A DNA stretch of 46,962 nt from Catajapyx aquilonaris. Its lineage: Eukaryota. The notes under the pieces were generated by a model. That model saw only the letters and a list, made by a program, of their open reading frames with translations, had not been told where the DNA came from and ran no database searches. Each line of letters begins with the position of its first letter. Position 1 is the first letter of the stretch. Location: positions 1-46,962 of the forward strand of contig JYFJ02003043.1 of NCBI GenBank assembly GCA_000934665.2. Reading direction: 5' to 3'. Made by a program: the position numbers and the translations under genes. This document shows positions 28,273-39,339 of the stretch, one piece after another.

Positions 28273-30300
28273 ATGCAGCTTTCTGGCGGTTTCCATGTCT
28301 TCGTTGCATTAGCGATCCTGCTGCAACTTCATTTGTCATCTGGTGACGATGGAAACGTTACAGACCCTTCAGGCCCTGCAGATCCTTCTAACCAGGTCAG
28401 GATCTGATCTTTCACCTTAGTTATACTTTATGGATTAATAATTGAGCTACTAACCAACATTTTTCAGATCGTGAGAAGCATGCAAGGACAAGGTCTCATT
28501 TCGCCAGGTATGGAAACTTGACAGCAGAGGTTCCCAAACTTTTTGAGTCGCGGAGCACTTTTCAGGAGAGATATTCGTGACGGAGCACTATCATCATCGA
28601 CGGCGTAAGCAGAAAAAAAAAAATCTGGGGCGGAGGGAGGGGGGGAGTGCCAGATTAGTAAATGCGAAGGTGATGGGCGAAAGGGCGGCGCAGGCGAAAT
28701 TTTTTTGGGTTCAAGGTCACACAAGCTACTGAGAGATTTGAATGGGTATAGCACTATAGCTTATTGAAGAATATTCCTTTTTCCCCCAAGCTATTCGCGG
28801 AGCACAGTTTGGGAAACTCTGCTTTACAGCAATGGGCCTCCCTAACTCTGAACAAGATTCCATATGTTTCAACGTGTCATACATTTTACATTTTTTTCTG
28901 AATGAAAGGAACATTAGTCATCTTTTAACATGATTAAATTTTTATGACAGGAAGTTGCGCCGACTTGCAATTGGCCGGACGTCGATTCAGCGGGACATAC
29001 ACCATTCAGTTACTCTCCAAAGATGTTGAGGTAAGCACGGAGCAGCAAGCCAGCAACAGAATGATGCGATAAGCACGCCTGCCATTTTGACAGTCATCTG
29101 CGGCAAGTGGTTCACTCGTTCACACAAGATGATTCTAAATTCTTAAGATATGTGTTGGTGCTTGTAACATTATGAAATAATACGTTTCTCAAAATGTTTC
29201 TTTCACCTAGCTATAGAGTGCTTATTTATGGCTGCACTTTCAGGTGTATTGTGACCTGGAAACTGACGGTGGAGGCTGGACAGTGTTCCAACGACGGGAC
29301 GAGTACTCTCCTCGTTTGGGTTTTTACAAAAATTGGTTTTCCTACAAAACTGGATTTGGTGATCGCAACGGGGAATTCTGGCTTGGTAAGGATATCCATC
29401 GTAATTATGCTGGATCCTGAATTCAGTAAGCCATTGTTGTGGAAACCCGAATAATTACTTCAGACCAAAAATAGCAATATAGTACAGTAGCATGTACTGT
29501 ACACCCATCCACCCACACACGCGCGTTGAAATATGCCCTGATAATAATCAAATTATGATAAAAAAATCCCGCAGGTTTGGACAACATCCACGCCTTGTCG
29601 TCAGTCGAACCTTCGTCGTTGAGAGTCGACCTGGAAGATTTTGAAGGCGGAAAGCGATACGCCAAATATTCGCGTTTCTACGTATCAGACGAAGCAAACA
29701 AATACAGGCTCTTGGTATCAGGGTACTCTGCCGATGGAGGTGCGGGTATGTTATTGCACAGCATCTTACATTATGAAGTTGAGGTGATAAAAATGTCCCT
29801 TTGGAATCGTATGCGCAGTGCACAATCAATTTTATACAGATCGACACCAACATCGCGTTTAGTGAGACATTAGCATTTAGCAGAAAGCTGCATGAAAGAT
29901 ATATTCTTGAAAATAATGCCCTTTCTCCTCTTTCAGGCGATTCTTTAACTTATCAAAATCGGCAACAGTTCAGCACTTTTGATCGCGACAATGACATGTC
30001 TGGTGATAACTGCGCAGCGAAGTATGTTGGTGCCTGGTGGTACAATCGTTGCCACATGGTAAGTGTGCTCGTGCTGGATAATATGTCCAGATTGCTCTCT
30101 TTTCTTTCATGGCTCGAGATTCGTCTGCTTGTTATCACATAACATTCTTTTAACTGTTGCAGTCCAACCTTAATGGGGAGTACCTGCGAGGTAAACACAC
30201 AAAACCTGGTTTCGGTGTGGAATGGAAAACATGGCATGGGGATGTATATTCCCACAAAAAGACAGAAATGAAGATACGTCCTATGGATTTCTTCTCCTAA
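28273..30300 (+). CDS. Secreted fibrinogen-domain lectin FReD-6, 7 exons
   Basis: [10 protein letters not shown] signal peptide; [20 protein letters not shown]; last exon [21 protein letters not shown]...RPMDFFS*. Confidence 0.9.
28525..28821. mobile_element. hAT-type MITE in FReD-6 intron 2
   Basis: TIRs cagaggttcccaaact / agtttgggaaactctg. 8-bp TSD cttgacag / ctttacag (one mismatch). The paralog FReD-9 shows an empty site (ctttgcag at ~43471). Confidence 0.85.
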
Positions 30301-30670
30301 TAATTATTGTCTCTTTAAATTGCGGAATATCACGTCAGATGTCTTTTAGCAAATAATTTATCTTTCTCTGAACCTATTAGGCTACATTAATTTTTGCACA
30401 TTGTAAGTGCTCATAATGAAGAAAATAATACCTCCAGCACAACACAATCATGTGAGATAAATCTTATACTATGGCACATAACTTATCAGTTAGTGCTCAT
30501 GCTTTATTTATTGAAACATGTGCTGCACAAATATGTACTTTAGAGAATAAATAAAAGCTATGACCCATAGGTTGCCATTATTTTGAAACTAATCCATTAA
30601 ATAAGCGAGGCTGCAGTAAGTAAAAATTCACTCTGAAGATAAAATTAGGCCCATTAATATGTACAGTAGG

Positions 30671-30750
30671 CAGAGTTGGGTTTCAAGTTACTTTTGAAAT
30701 GTAACTGGTTACAGTTACAGTTATTCAGTGCGAAAAAGTAATTACAGTAT
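30671..30750. mobile_element. Single DNA-transposon-like terminus (GTTAC-rich)
   Basis: cagagttggg followed by repeated gttac/gtaac motifs. Homology with the FReD-9 downstream region ends here. No second end found. Confidence 0.4.
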
Positions 30751-32759
30751 GTGTGTCGTAGACTGTGGGCGTATTAGAGTGACAGAACGGCATTTATCCC
30801 CTTTTGTGGGTTTTCCCCCTCTCGCCCGTTCTGGCCAGTCCTTATATTCCTTCTCACCAAGCTTCTCCCTCTCTTTTGTTTTTGCAAGTTGTGTTCAGGA
30901 AGTTGCATCATCAGTGTGCCATAATATTATTATGTGTGAGCGGTGATAGTGCTGCATGTGTCTTGCTGTGCCATTATAATTATGTGTTTTTAATCTTTTT
31001 ATCAAGTTTTTATTAACTTCGGTCAAAGTACCGTATATAAGTGTATTGATGAAGCGTCGAAGCCAGAAGTTTCCATGCTGCCCTGAATTAGTTGGAATTA
31101 GCCCAGCTGCAATGAATTTTTAGGACCGAGACATTTGGGATCACTGACGTGCGCACGTTGAACGAGTGTGACGGGTTCGTAAGACAATGCACTCCGCCGA
31201 TCCTGTCCTGGAATATATTACCCAGTAAATTTATATATTTTACCCTAATTTGAGTCGTTATGGTCATTCTTTCAAAGTGGAAATGAATACGATTTTGTAA
31301 CATTATAGTGTTTCAGGACATATACCAGTACTTTTATACAGTCGCTCATAGTTCTCTCATTGTCGATTACTAAAATTTTAACTTGCTAAATGGCTATAAA
31401 ATGCTAAAAGCCAGAATGCTAAAATGCCAGATCACCTGGTGCCATGTGCTCTCACATCTCAGATATGTTTCAAAAGGAGCAGCTACTTATGAGAACACCA
31501 AATTATTTATTTCAATTTTTTAAGTCCAAAATTGGGTTCAGGAGAAAATTTTGAAAATGTCAATTTCGTTGCGATTTAGGCTGTAACATTTTCTGCGTCT
31601 GTTTAAAAAAATCCTGGTATTTTCCTTATTTTCTCACCGATTGGGCTAATTTTGATGTCAAATTAAAGCGTCTTTCTTTATCTCTTTACAAATAAGGTAT
31701 AAAAGTGGTGCTAACTGCTGCAGATAATATAATATTACCACTGAGCATGCAAAGTGAATTTTAGTAACATTCTGCAGAATGGTTCGACAAGCCATAGCTT
31801 GCAAACCATAACTAACACATGTATGAATTTTTTGTAGAATGAGCTAACCATGATGTACTTGTTATACTTTAAAAATAAGGAGGGTGTTTTTTGTGGTTAT
31901 CAAATAAAAAATCATTTGTTTTAGTATATGCAAATTAGGGCCCGAGGCGGAATTTTTTGGGAAAGCTATAATTTTTGTTTTAATCATTATCTGGGACCCC
32001 CTGTACCTCCAGTGAAAAGTCCTAAAAGATGCGGACTGGGAAATCTATTTAAATCTTGGAAAAATGTCATCCATTTTGGAAATTTCCAAAAATAGCTTTT
32101 ATATGAGTACGGTAGGCTATAAAAAGACACTGCTTTCGCTATTTTATTTTAAATGCTTTCTAAAACGTAAACTATATCATGACGGACTTAATGATTGAAA
32201 AACTCATATTTCATTTTATTTATAAAAATGTGACCAATACAATCATGATACAAGGAGTCGAGTATTTCTAGATTCTTGGAAAGTCATCACACCTTGCTTG
32301 GCCCATTGAAAGCCAGATTAGGAAAGAAATCTTTGTCTAAATTTTCCTCTGATTGAAACCGTCAGAGGAAAATAATTTAGGAAAATATTTGGCAACATAT
32401 TGTGCCAGTGGAAACTGGCTATATAAGTGGCAGAGTCCGCAGAGCAAGTGATACTTGTTTGCAGTTTGCGTCTTTTGCCTAAGTTTTGTGATTTCCTGTC
32501 AGTTTATCGTTGTTATTGGGTTTTTGCTCTGGTTTGTGACCTTATACATATTTATACTTTTTTAAAAAAATTGTCTGTAGCATTTTATCCACCATATTCC
32601 CGCCCGCAAAAGTAAAATTTTGGTGCCTATTTGAGGTTTTTTCGTGCCTAAAAATCCGGACTCTATTCATTGCAGCAGAGACAGTGTTTGGGCAAGAAAG
32701 GACGACGCTGACAAATAAACTGCTGATTTTTCTTTGTTCCATAATATATATGCCTACAA

Positions 32760-33055
32760 ATCGGAACAGCAAAAAAAAATGTGTCATCTGACACATTTTT
32801 GCTGTGTCGCTTGGTATACCTTATGTGTGTCATCTGACACACATCATTTTTGCCGAAAGCGGCCCGGATAAGCGTGTCAATCTGCTGGATGGCACACTAA
32901 AACGTGTCAGACGACACGATTTACCGTGTCACTCCTTGACACAGACAAATGTGTCAGTTAGAATGACACGTTTAAAATGTGTCAATTGACACGTGGTAGT
33001 GTGCCGTTTTCAGCAAAAATTTTGACACGATTTAGTGTGTCAAAACATTTTGTGT
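32760..33055. mobile_element. TGACAC/GTGTCA-rich element abutting the PIAS fragment
   Basis: More than ten tgacac/gtgtca motifs in both orientations, with local palindromes. It ends where PIAS coding similarity begins. Confidence 0.55.
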
Positions 33056-34180
33056 GTACTTAGTGCAGCGGCTAAGTTCAGCCGACCTTCTGTCCCAGCT
33101 GAGGAGCAAAGGGGTGAGTACAGAGAGGAAATATTTTGAGTAGGTCTATTCCCGATGCCCCAGTATTATACATGAAATAATAATTATTGCTTTTGATCAC
33201 AGGTGCGGCATGCAGACATAACTCGGCGTCTGATCAAGGAGAAGCTGAAGGAGGATGCAGACTGTGAGATATCGACATTGTCCGTGCGGGTGACGTTGGC
33301 CTGCCCCCTGGGAAAGATGAGAATGCAGATACCATGCCAAGCCAGCACCTGCGCCCACCTGCAGTGCTTTGACGCCAACATGTACCTGCAGTTGAACGAG
33401 CAAAAGCCCACATGGATCTGCCCTGTCTGCAATCAGCCTGCCCTCTTTGACAACCTTGTCATTGACGGGTACTTCCATGAGGTGTTGGCATCTTTTGCAC
33501 TGGCGTCCAATGGTGGTAATGGTGATATTCAGCTGCATGGGGATGGGAGTTGGTCTACCCTGGAGCACAGTGTCAACTCAATCACAGTGGTGAATGTCTT
33601 TTACATGGCCTATTTGTGCAATTGTACGCCACCAGCATCATTGTTTCATTACATTCCTTATCTTGTCACCGCAGGTGGAGATGGTCTGCGATGACATTCC
33701 TGACAGCCTTCCACCTACGGCAGAGTCATCCTCTTCAGCAGCACCCACCTCAACAGGGGGCTCAGCCGAAAAGAAAAATGGGGCCCTGGAGGTCATTGAT
33801 CTAACCTGTTCGGACAGTGAAGATGAAGCCAAGAATGACGGAGCACCTCCGGCAGAGAGGACTCCCTTCTCTATTCTCAACAGATCAGGTGAGGTGATTT
33901 GGTGGTGCAGTGGTAATTCCACGGAGAATTCCTGGAGAAACATCATGCCGTTATGTTCATGTGTGACCAAATGTTTGTCTGGTTCATAGATTCCTATGGT
34001 ACAGCTGGCGGAGGCAACGGCAATAGGAGCACCATCAGCAGCGTTAGCAGTGGTGGTGGAGCCACAGGAGGAGGTGAAAGCGGCGGCACAGGAGGGGGGA
34101 GCTGTGGAGAGTCCACGGTCAGCTCATCCACGGGAGCTGCAGGGTTCGGAAGTCCACATGTCATTACATTAGAGTCTTAG
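33054..34180 (+). pseudogene. PIAS: 5'-truncated, intron-containing PIAS (SUMO E3 ligase) fragment
   Basis: Exons 33054-33113 (VYLVQRLSSADLLSQLRSKG, end of PINIT), 33203-33589 (SP-RING: CPLGKMRM..PC...CAHLQCFDA...KPTWICPVC), 33675-33888 (SIM EVIDLTCSDSEDE) and 33990-34180. No SAP or upstream PINIT exons are visible. Confidence 0.85.
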
Positions 34181-34413
34181 ACAGCCCCTATAGTCCTCCC
34201 CAGTTCCTCCCTGCATCAGACTAAAAAAACAACAGGTACGTACCTCTGTACAGTAGCGATTTTCAAAATCCAATTTAAAGTGTTGTATATACCTCGGACC
34301 GAAATTTCTTATCCGGCTGTTTCATAGAAGCTGCATAAAAATCGTGTGCAGTGCAGTATGAGGTCCATTTCACCAGTGAACATTATTGAACACTTTTGAG
34401 CTGCAGCTAAAAA

Positions 34414-36100
34414 ATGCAACTGTGTTGTTATTGTTTCCATGTCACTATGGAATTGACCATCCTGAACATTGCGATTGGCGCTGGCGCCAGAATCGTCCCA
34501 AGTCCACAGGTTGAGAGAAGGTGTCAAAATGTGTTTTAAATGCCAAGTTTCATTTTTTTATGCCCTGTAATGGCACTATAGCGAATATTATTTTACGTGT
34601 ATATTATTATTGTTGAAGGCAATGTGCTGATAATACAAAATATCCTGAATTCATTCCATGTGTATTGCGACCTGGAAATTGACGGTGGAGGGTGGGCAGT
34701 ATTCAGCAATTGAAATAAAAAATGTCATGAAATTTAATGAAGCCGTTTCCTTTTCTTATTTAATAATAATATCTAATATAGAGACATTCTGTATTATTTT
34801 GTCTTATCCTTACATCATCGTTATTTGCAGTTGGCCTAGAACTAGCAAGGGATGCTTGCACTGACTAAACTGTACGTGTCTAATGGCTGGTTTACGAAAT
34901 ACTTATGTACACGTGCCAAAGTACGCTAGGCTCAGCAATAAAAAGTATAGAAGATGAGCCGGATTTGGTACATGTATCTCTAGGCATCCAGCCTCATCTA
35001 TACAACCAGTAGTAGCTCCTCAATTGTCAGGTGAATATGGTTTTCATCATTGTAATTGCCATTATGTGTAAATATCATTCAAAGAAAATTAAACCACTCA
35101 TGATTGTGTAACTCTCTGCGCAGGAACTGTGTATGAACCTAAAGTGCCCGCAAATACCAGGATAACAATAAAGATCCTAATACGACGAACTGGATCACAT
35201 CTCCATTACATATACAGTATAATATGCTTTAGATTAGTTATCAATTTCTGTCCCATTTTCCGGTTATTTCGATGTCACAGACACCCATATCGAATTAATG
35301 ATTTTTAGAAGCTATAGGTTGTCCACTGTGATAACTTCTGTGTGACATGTTTCAAGTTGAGGCAATAATCTTGGCACTAACCTCACAAAATTTATTATTT
35401 CCTTGTATCAAGAAAGATCGTCTTGTAATGGAACTGAAGGCTAAGTTAATGAATATGTGAAAGCATTGTTGAATCACTTCCAGGTGCACTGCGACATGAA
35501 AACTGACTGTGGAGGCCAATGGCCGGGGGCATCCCTCCCCCCTCAGAATAAATTCATTTTATCTAGTGTAAATTATCATTTTATCTCAAAGAGTATCCGA
35601 GGTGATAAATACTGTAAAGGACGTTATGGTTTGAGTAAATAAGCTGGTTCAAAGCAATTGTTCATTATTACCAAATATATACAGAACACATCTCATATCA
35701 TTAGTTGAACAATGAATGATTGCAAAACAGGTGTCCCATCAATATTACCTGATCATTGATGCCCCTCTTTTAACAAGCCAATACCCAAGGAATATTTCCA
35801 TTTCAGGTGATTCTTTAGCTTATCATATCATATAGGCAACATTTCTATACTTTAGATATAGGGACAATAATTTCCATAAAAATGATAACTATGTGGTGGT
35901 GTTTTCTGGTGCTTGGTGGTACAATGCTTGTCTGTCATCGGTTAGTAACCTCTTGCATCATCTGATATTTTTATTGCATGTGATTCGTACTTTTGATCTG
36001 CGTTATCACATGGCGATTCTGGATGTATTTGTTTTTCGGTTCAATATAAACAGGAAGTGTCTGCGAGGTAACATCATTGCATCATTTTCTGACGCAAAAG
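34414..36100 (+). pseudogene. Degenerate FReD remnants
   Basis: Exon-1 remnant at 34414, exon-4 fragments at ~34660 (acceptor lost) and ~35483, a frameshifted exon 6 at ~35807-35940 and a broken exon 7 at ~36040-36095. Confidence 0.8.
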
Positions 36101-36110
36101 AAACTGAAAA

Positions 36111-38239
36111 ATGCGGCTCCGTTGTGGTTTCTGTGCCATCGTTGCACTGACGATCTTGAAATTTAAAGAATGTGGTGCCGGCGACATCCAAGTTCAAGGT
36201 CCATCGGAAAAGGTAGGCATATTCCGAGTGCCTTTATCTTCAGCGTACTTGATTTTTAGCTAGTGTACAAGTCTCGGTACAAGTACTAAAATTTTTATTT
36301 CAGATCAGGAGCAGCCTGCATGGTCAGAGTTATTCTGATTCGGGTAAGGCAGTTTCCAAACAATGCTGCAGCTTTTAGTATGCACTCTAGGCCCTATAGT
36401 TACATACGTATGATACAAGCACTATTCGATCTTGATGCAAGATTGGTATACAAACTAGCAACATACTGTACCTATAGGCGAAATTACACTAAAGAGACGG
36501 CAGAGTTTGGATTTCAGTATAAATGTCATCACGACCACTTCTGGAGCGCTTCTGTGGTCCTTATTGTAAAAGCATTCCCAACAGGATGTGATTTTTTTCC
36601 AATTTTGTACCCCAATTTCATATTTATGACAGAGAGATATGCACCCAGAAGTTGCGCCGAAATTCAGCTCTCAGGACATGCCCGAGTCAGCGGGGTATAC
36701 ACAATTCAATTATTGTTCGACAAAGAACTCCAGGTAATTTTTCATTTAGTGTTCCCTTAATCCCTTAACTGTATTGTCTATCCAATGTGTTGGAGACTTG
36801 TAAATAGAGAGGGACCTTATTTTGATACAAGCAAAGGCACTTTGTAAAAGTTTTCTCACGGACAGAGTGAGGCTAAGTCAATGAAAGTCCAGAAGTAGGC
36901 TATTGTTGAATAACTTCCAGGTGTATTGCGACCTGGAGACTGACGGTGGAGGCTGGACAGTGTTCCAACGCAGAGCAGATTTCCCCCCTCCTATAAATTT
37001 CTTCAGAAATTGGGCATCCTACAAGACTGGATTTGGGAACCTCGACAGGGAATTCTGGTTGGGTAAGAATAGCTGACAAGTTGGGGAAAAATGGCATTTC
37101 CGAATATGGGAACATAATATTACCAATGTGTTTTGATAATTATAATTCACATTTCCTGCCACAGGTCTGGACAACATCAACTCCCTGTCATCATATGAAC
37201 CTTCTTCTTTGAGAGTCGATCTGGGAGATTTTGAAGGCGGAAAGCGATACGCCAAATATTCGCGTTTCCACGTATCAGACGAAGGAGACAAATACAGGCT
37301 CTTGGTGGACGGATTTTCTGGTGATGCAGGCAAGTCGTTACATATGACAATACACGGATGATAATTCTGCTGTCTTGTATACAATCGAAGCTGATCGCAT
37401 GCGATGTAGTTAATGTGAGTACCTGATTTCACTTATTATTAGACACCACCAGGCACAAATAGCACCATAAATATTATTGGAATATTGCTAAATAGGTGTC
37501 TCATATTGTCACCGGTTGGATGAACATAAAACCCAGTGGGTAGACAATCGAGTACAGTTTATTCTTCGTCAAGGTGACTGTGTGGGGGGAAAAGGAAAAA
37601 GGTCAGGAATGGGAGATGTAGATGTCGACCAAACAAGTGGCCAGGAGTGAGAGAATTCACTCCTTTATATAGTAGCCTATAGTGGCGCACAGCAAGATTG
37701 GGAGGAGAAAGAGATGGATCATGGGTACATCAAATGCGGTAATGTAATGCAGTATCAGAATGTAGTGAAATGCGGGAAGTTATACATAGCAAAATCTGGT
37801 ACTGTGACAATATTACCTGCTCTTACTTGATACCATTCTTTTTGACGACGAGCTAATACCACATTATGTATATTTCTCTTCCAGGTGACTCTTTAGCCAA
37901 CCAAAATGGGCAACAGTTCACCACTATGGATAGCGACAATGATGCTTATAAGGACAACTGTGCAGTGGTGTATTCTGGTGCATGGTGGTACAATGCCTGT
38001 CACTATGTTAGTAACGGCACCTATCTTTTTTGCATTTCATTTGTAGTTTGGATGTGCGTTACCACATGGCGATTCTGTATGCATTTCAGTCCAATTTAAA
38101 TGGGAAGTACCTGCGAGGCAACCACACAACATTTGCTGACGGCGTGGAGTGGTATTCTTGGCATGGGTATAACTATTCCCTCAAAACAACAGAAATGAAG
38201 ATGCGCCCTGTGGACTTTCCTATCGTCACCGCATCATAA
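36111..38239 (+). CDS. Secreted fibrinogen-domain lectin FReD-7, 7 exons, GC-AG intron 5
   Basis: [16 protein letters not shown] signal peptide; [15 protein letters not shown]; the frame is open only if the donor G|GCAAGT at 37330 is used. Confidence 0.85.
37507..37809 (-). mobile_element. Solo LTR (303 bp, Gypsy-like) in FReD-7 intron 5
   Basis: TGTCAC...GTGACA termini and an ATAT 4-bp TSD (37503-37506 / 37810-37813). TATA and AATAAA on the minus strand. Absent from paralogous introns. Confidence 0.85.
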
Positions 38240-38349
38240 AGATGTTACAGCATGCAGATTAAAATACAAATAAAATAGTGTAGTTGTTACTTTGAAATAC
38301 AATGCGCACTACTGTGCGAAATGGAGTGAATAATTTTATTCTATTAATA

Positions 38350-39045
38350 GGCCTACCACTCACATAAATTTCTGGTGAAATTGGGCATCCCACAAGACAG
38401 GATTTGAGGACGTCGAAAGAGAATTTATGGCTGTGTAAGAATACCCGACAAGTTGCCAAACAATGGCGTTTCAGTACAAATGTCGGAACATCTGCAATGC
38501 ACAGTATTTTCATCCTAATTTTTACAACGCATGTCTGAACAACATGCACTCCCTGTCGTCCTATAAACCTTCTTCGTTGAGAGTCGACCTGGATAATTTT
38601 GAAGGCGGAAAGCGATTCGCCAAATATTCGCGTTTCCACGGATCAGACGAAACAAACAAAATTAATACAGGCTTTTGGTGGAAGGATTCTCTGGTGATGA
38701 AGGCAAGTCAGAACATCGTACGACACATGCGATGGATGATAAAATTTCTCCTGTTTTGCACTTGTACTGTACAATCGAAGCTGATCGCATGGAAAACAGT
38801 CACCTGCGAAGTGGTGGTACACGTGCTGTCACCTTTTTAGTAAGCACTATCACTCTATATCAGGCACAAATTGCATCAATAATCTTATTGGACCAAGAAA
38901 ATAGGTGTCCCATAAACTGAGTCCTGCTCATATTAATACCGAATTTGTTTTCTGGCGATCTACTACATATTATTTTTGTATGGTATATTTTGTCAGTTGA
39001 TTCTTTAGCTTATATCATCAAAATGTGCAACAGTTCACCAAGATA
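38350..39045 (+). pseudogene. FReD pseudogene remnant (exons 4-6)
   Basis: Partial frameshifted exon 4, exon 5 with a lost acceptor and a frameshift (ETNKINTGFWW), truncated exon 6. Confidence 0.85.
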
Positions 39046-39339
39046 CCTATTTATCATATCCTGATATCATCGGTCTGTCCAGTTGCTTAAGAACTGTGCA
39101 ATATCTTAGGGAGTCTACCCATTTTCAGAAGGGACGCGGACGTGACGCATGTTTCCATTTCATAAAGCACCAATCAGAGGCAGGATCAGATAGACTACTT
39201 AAAGTTCATTGGGCGGGAGGCAGATGAGGTGTGCCTATATAGGTGTCCCTTTCTGAAAGTTGCCACCATATCAGGTACTTTGTCACCATTGAACATCGAC
39301 AGAATTTACTGTAGGCTTCAGAGAGGAATAAGCTCGAAA

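Noticed and set aside
31030..32114. Complete Tc1/pogo-type element bounded by TACCGTA...TACGGTA
   Set aside because: The inverted match does not extend beyond 7 bp and no transposase ORF is present; treated only as repeat debris.
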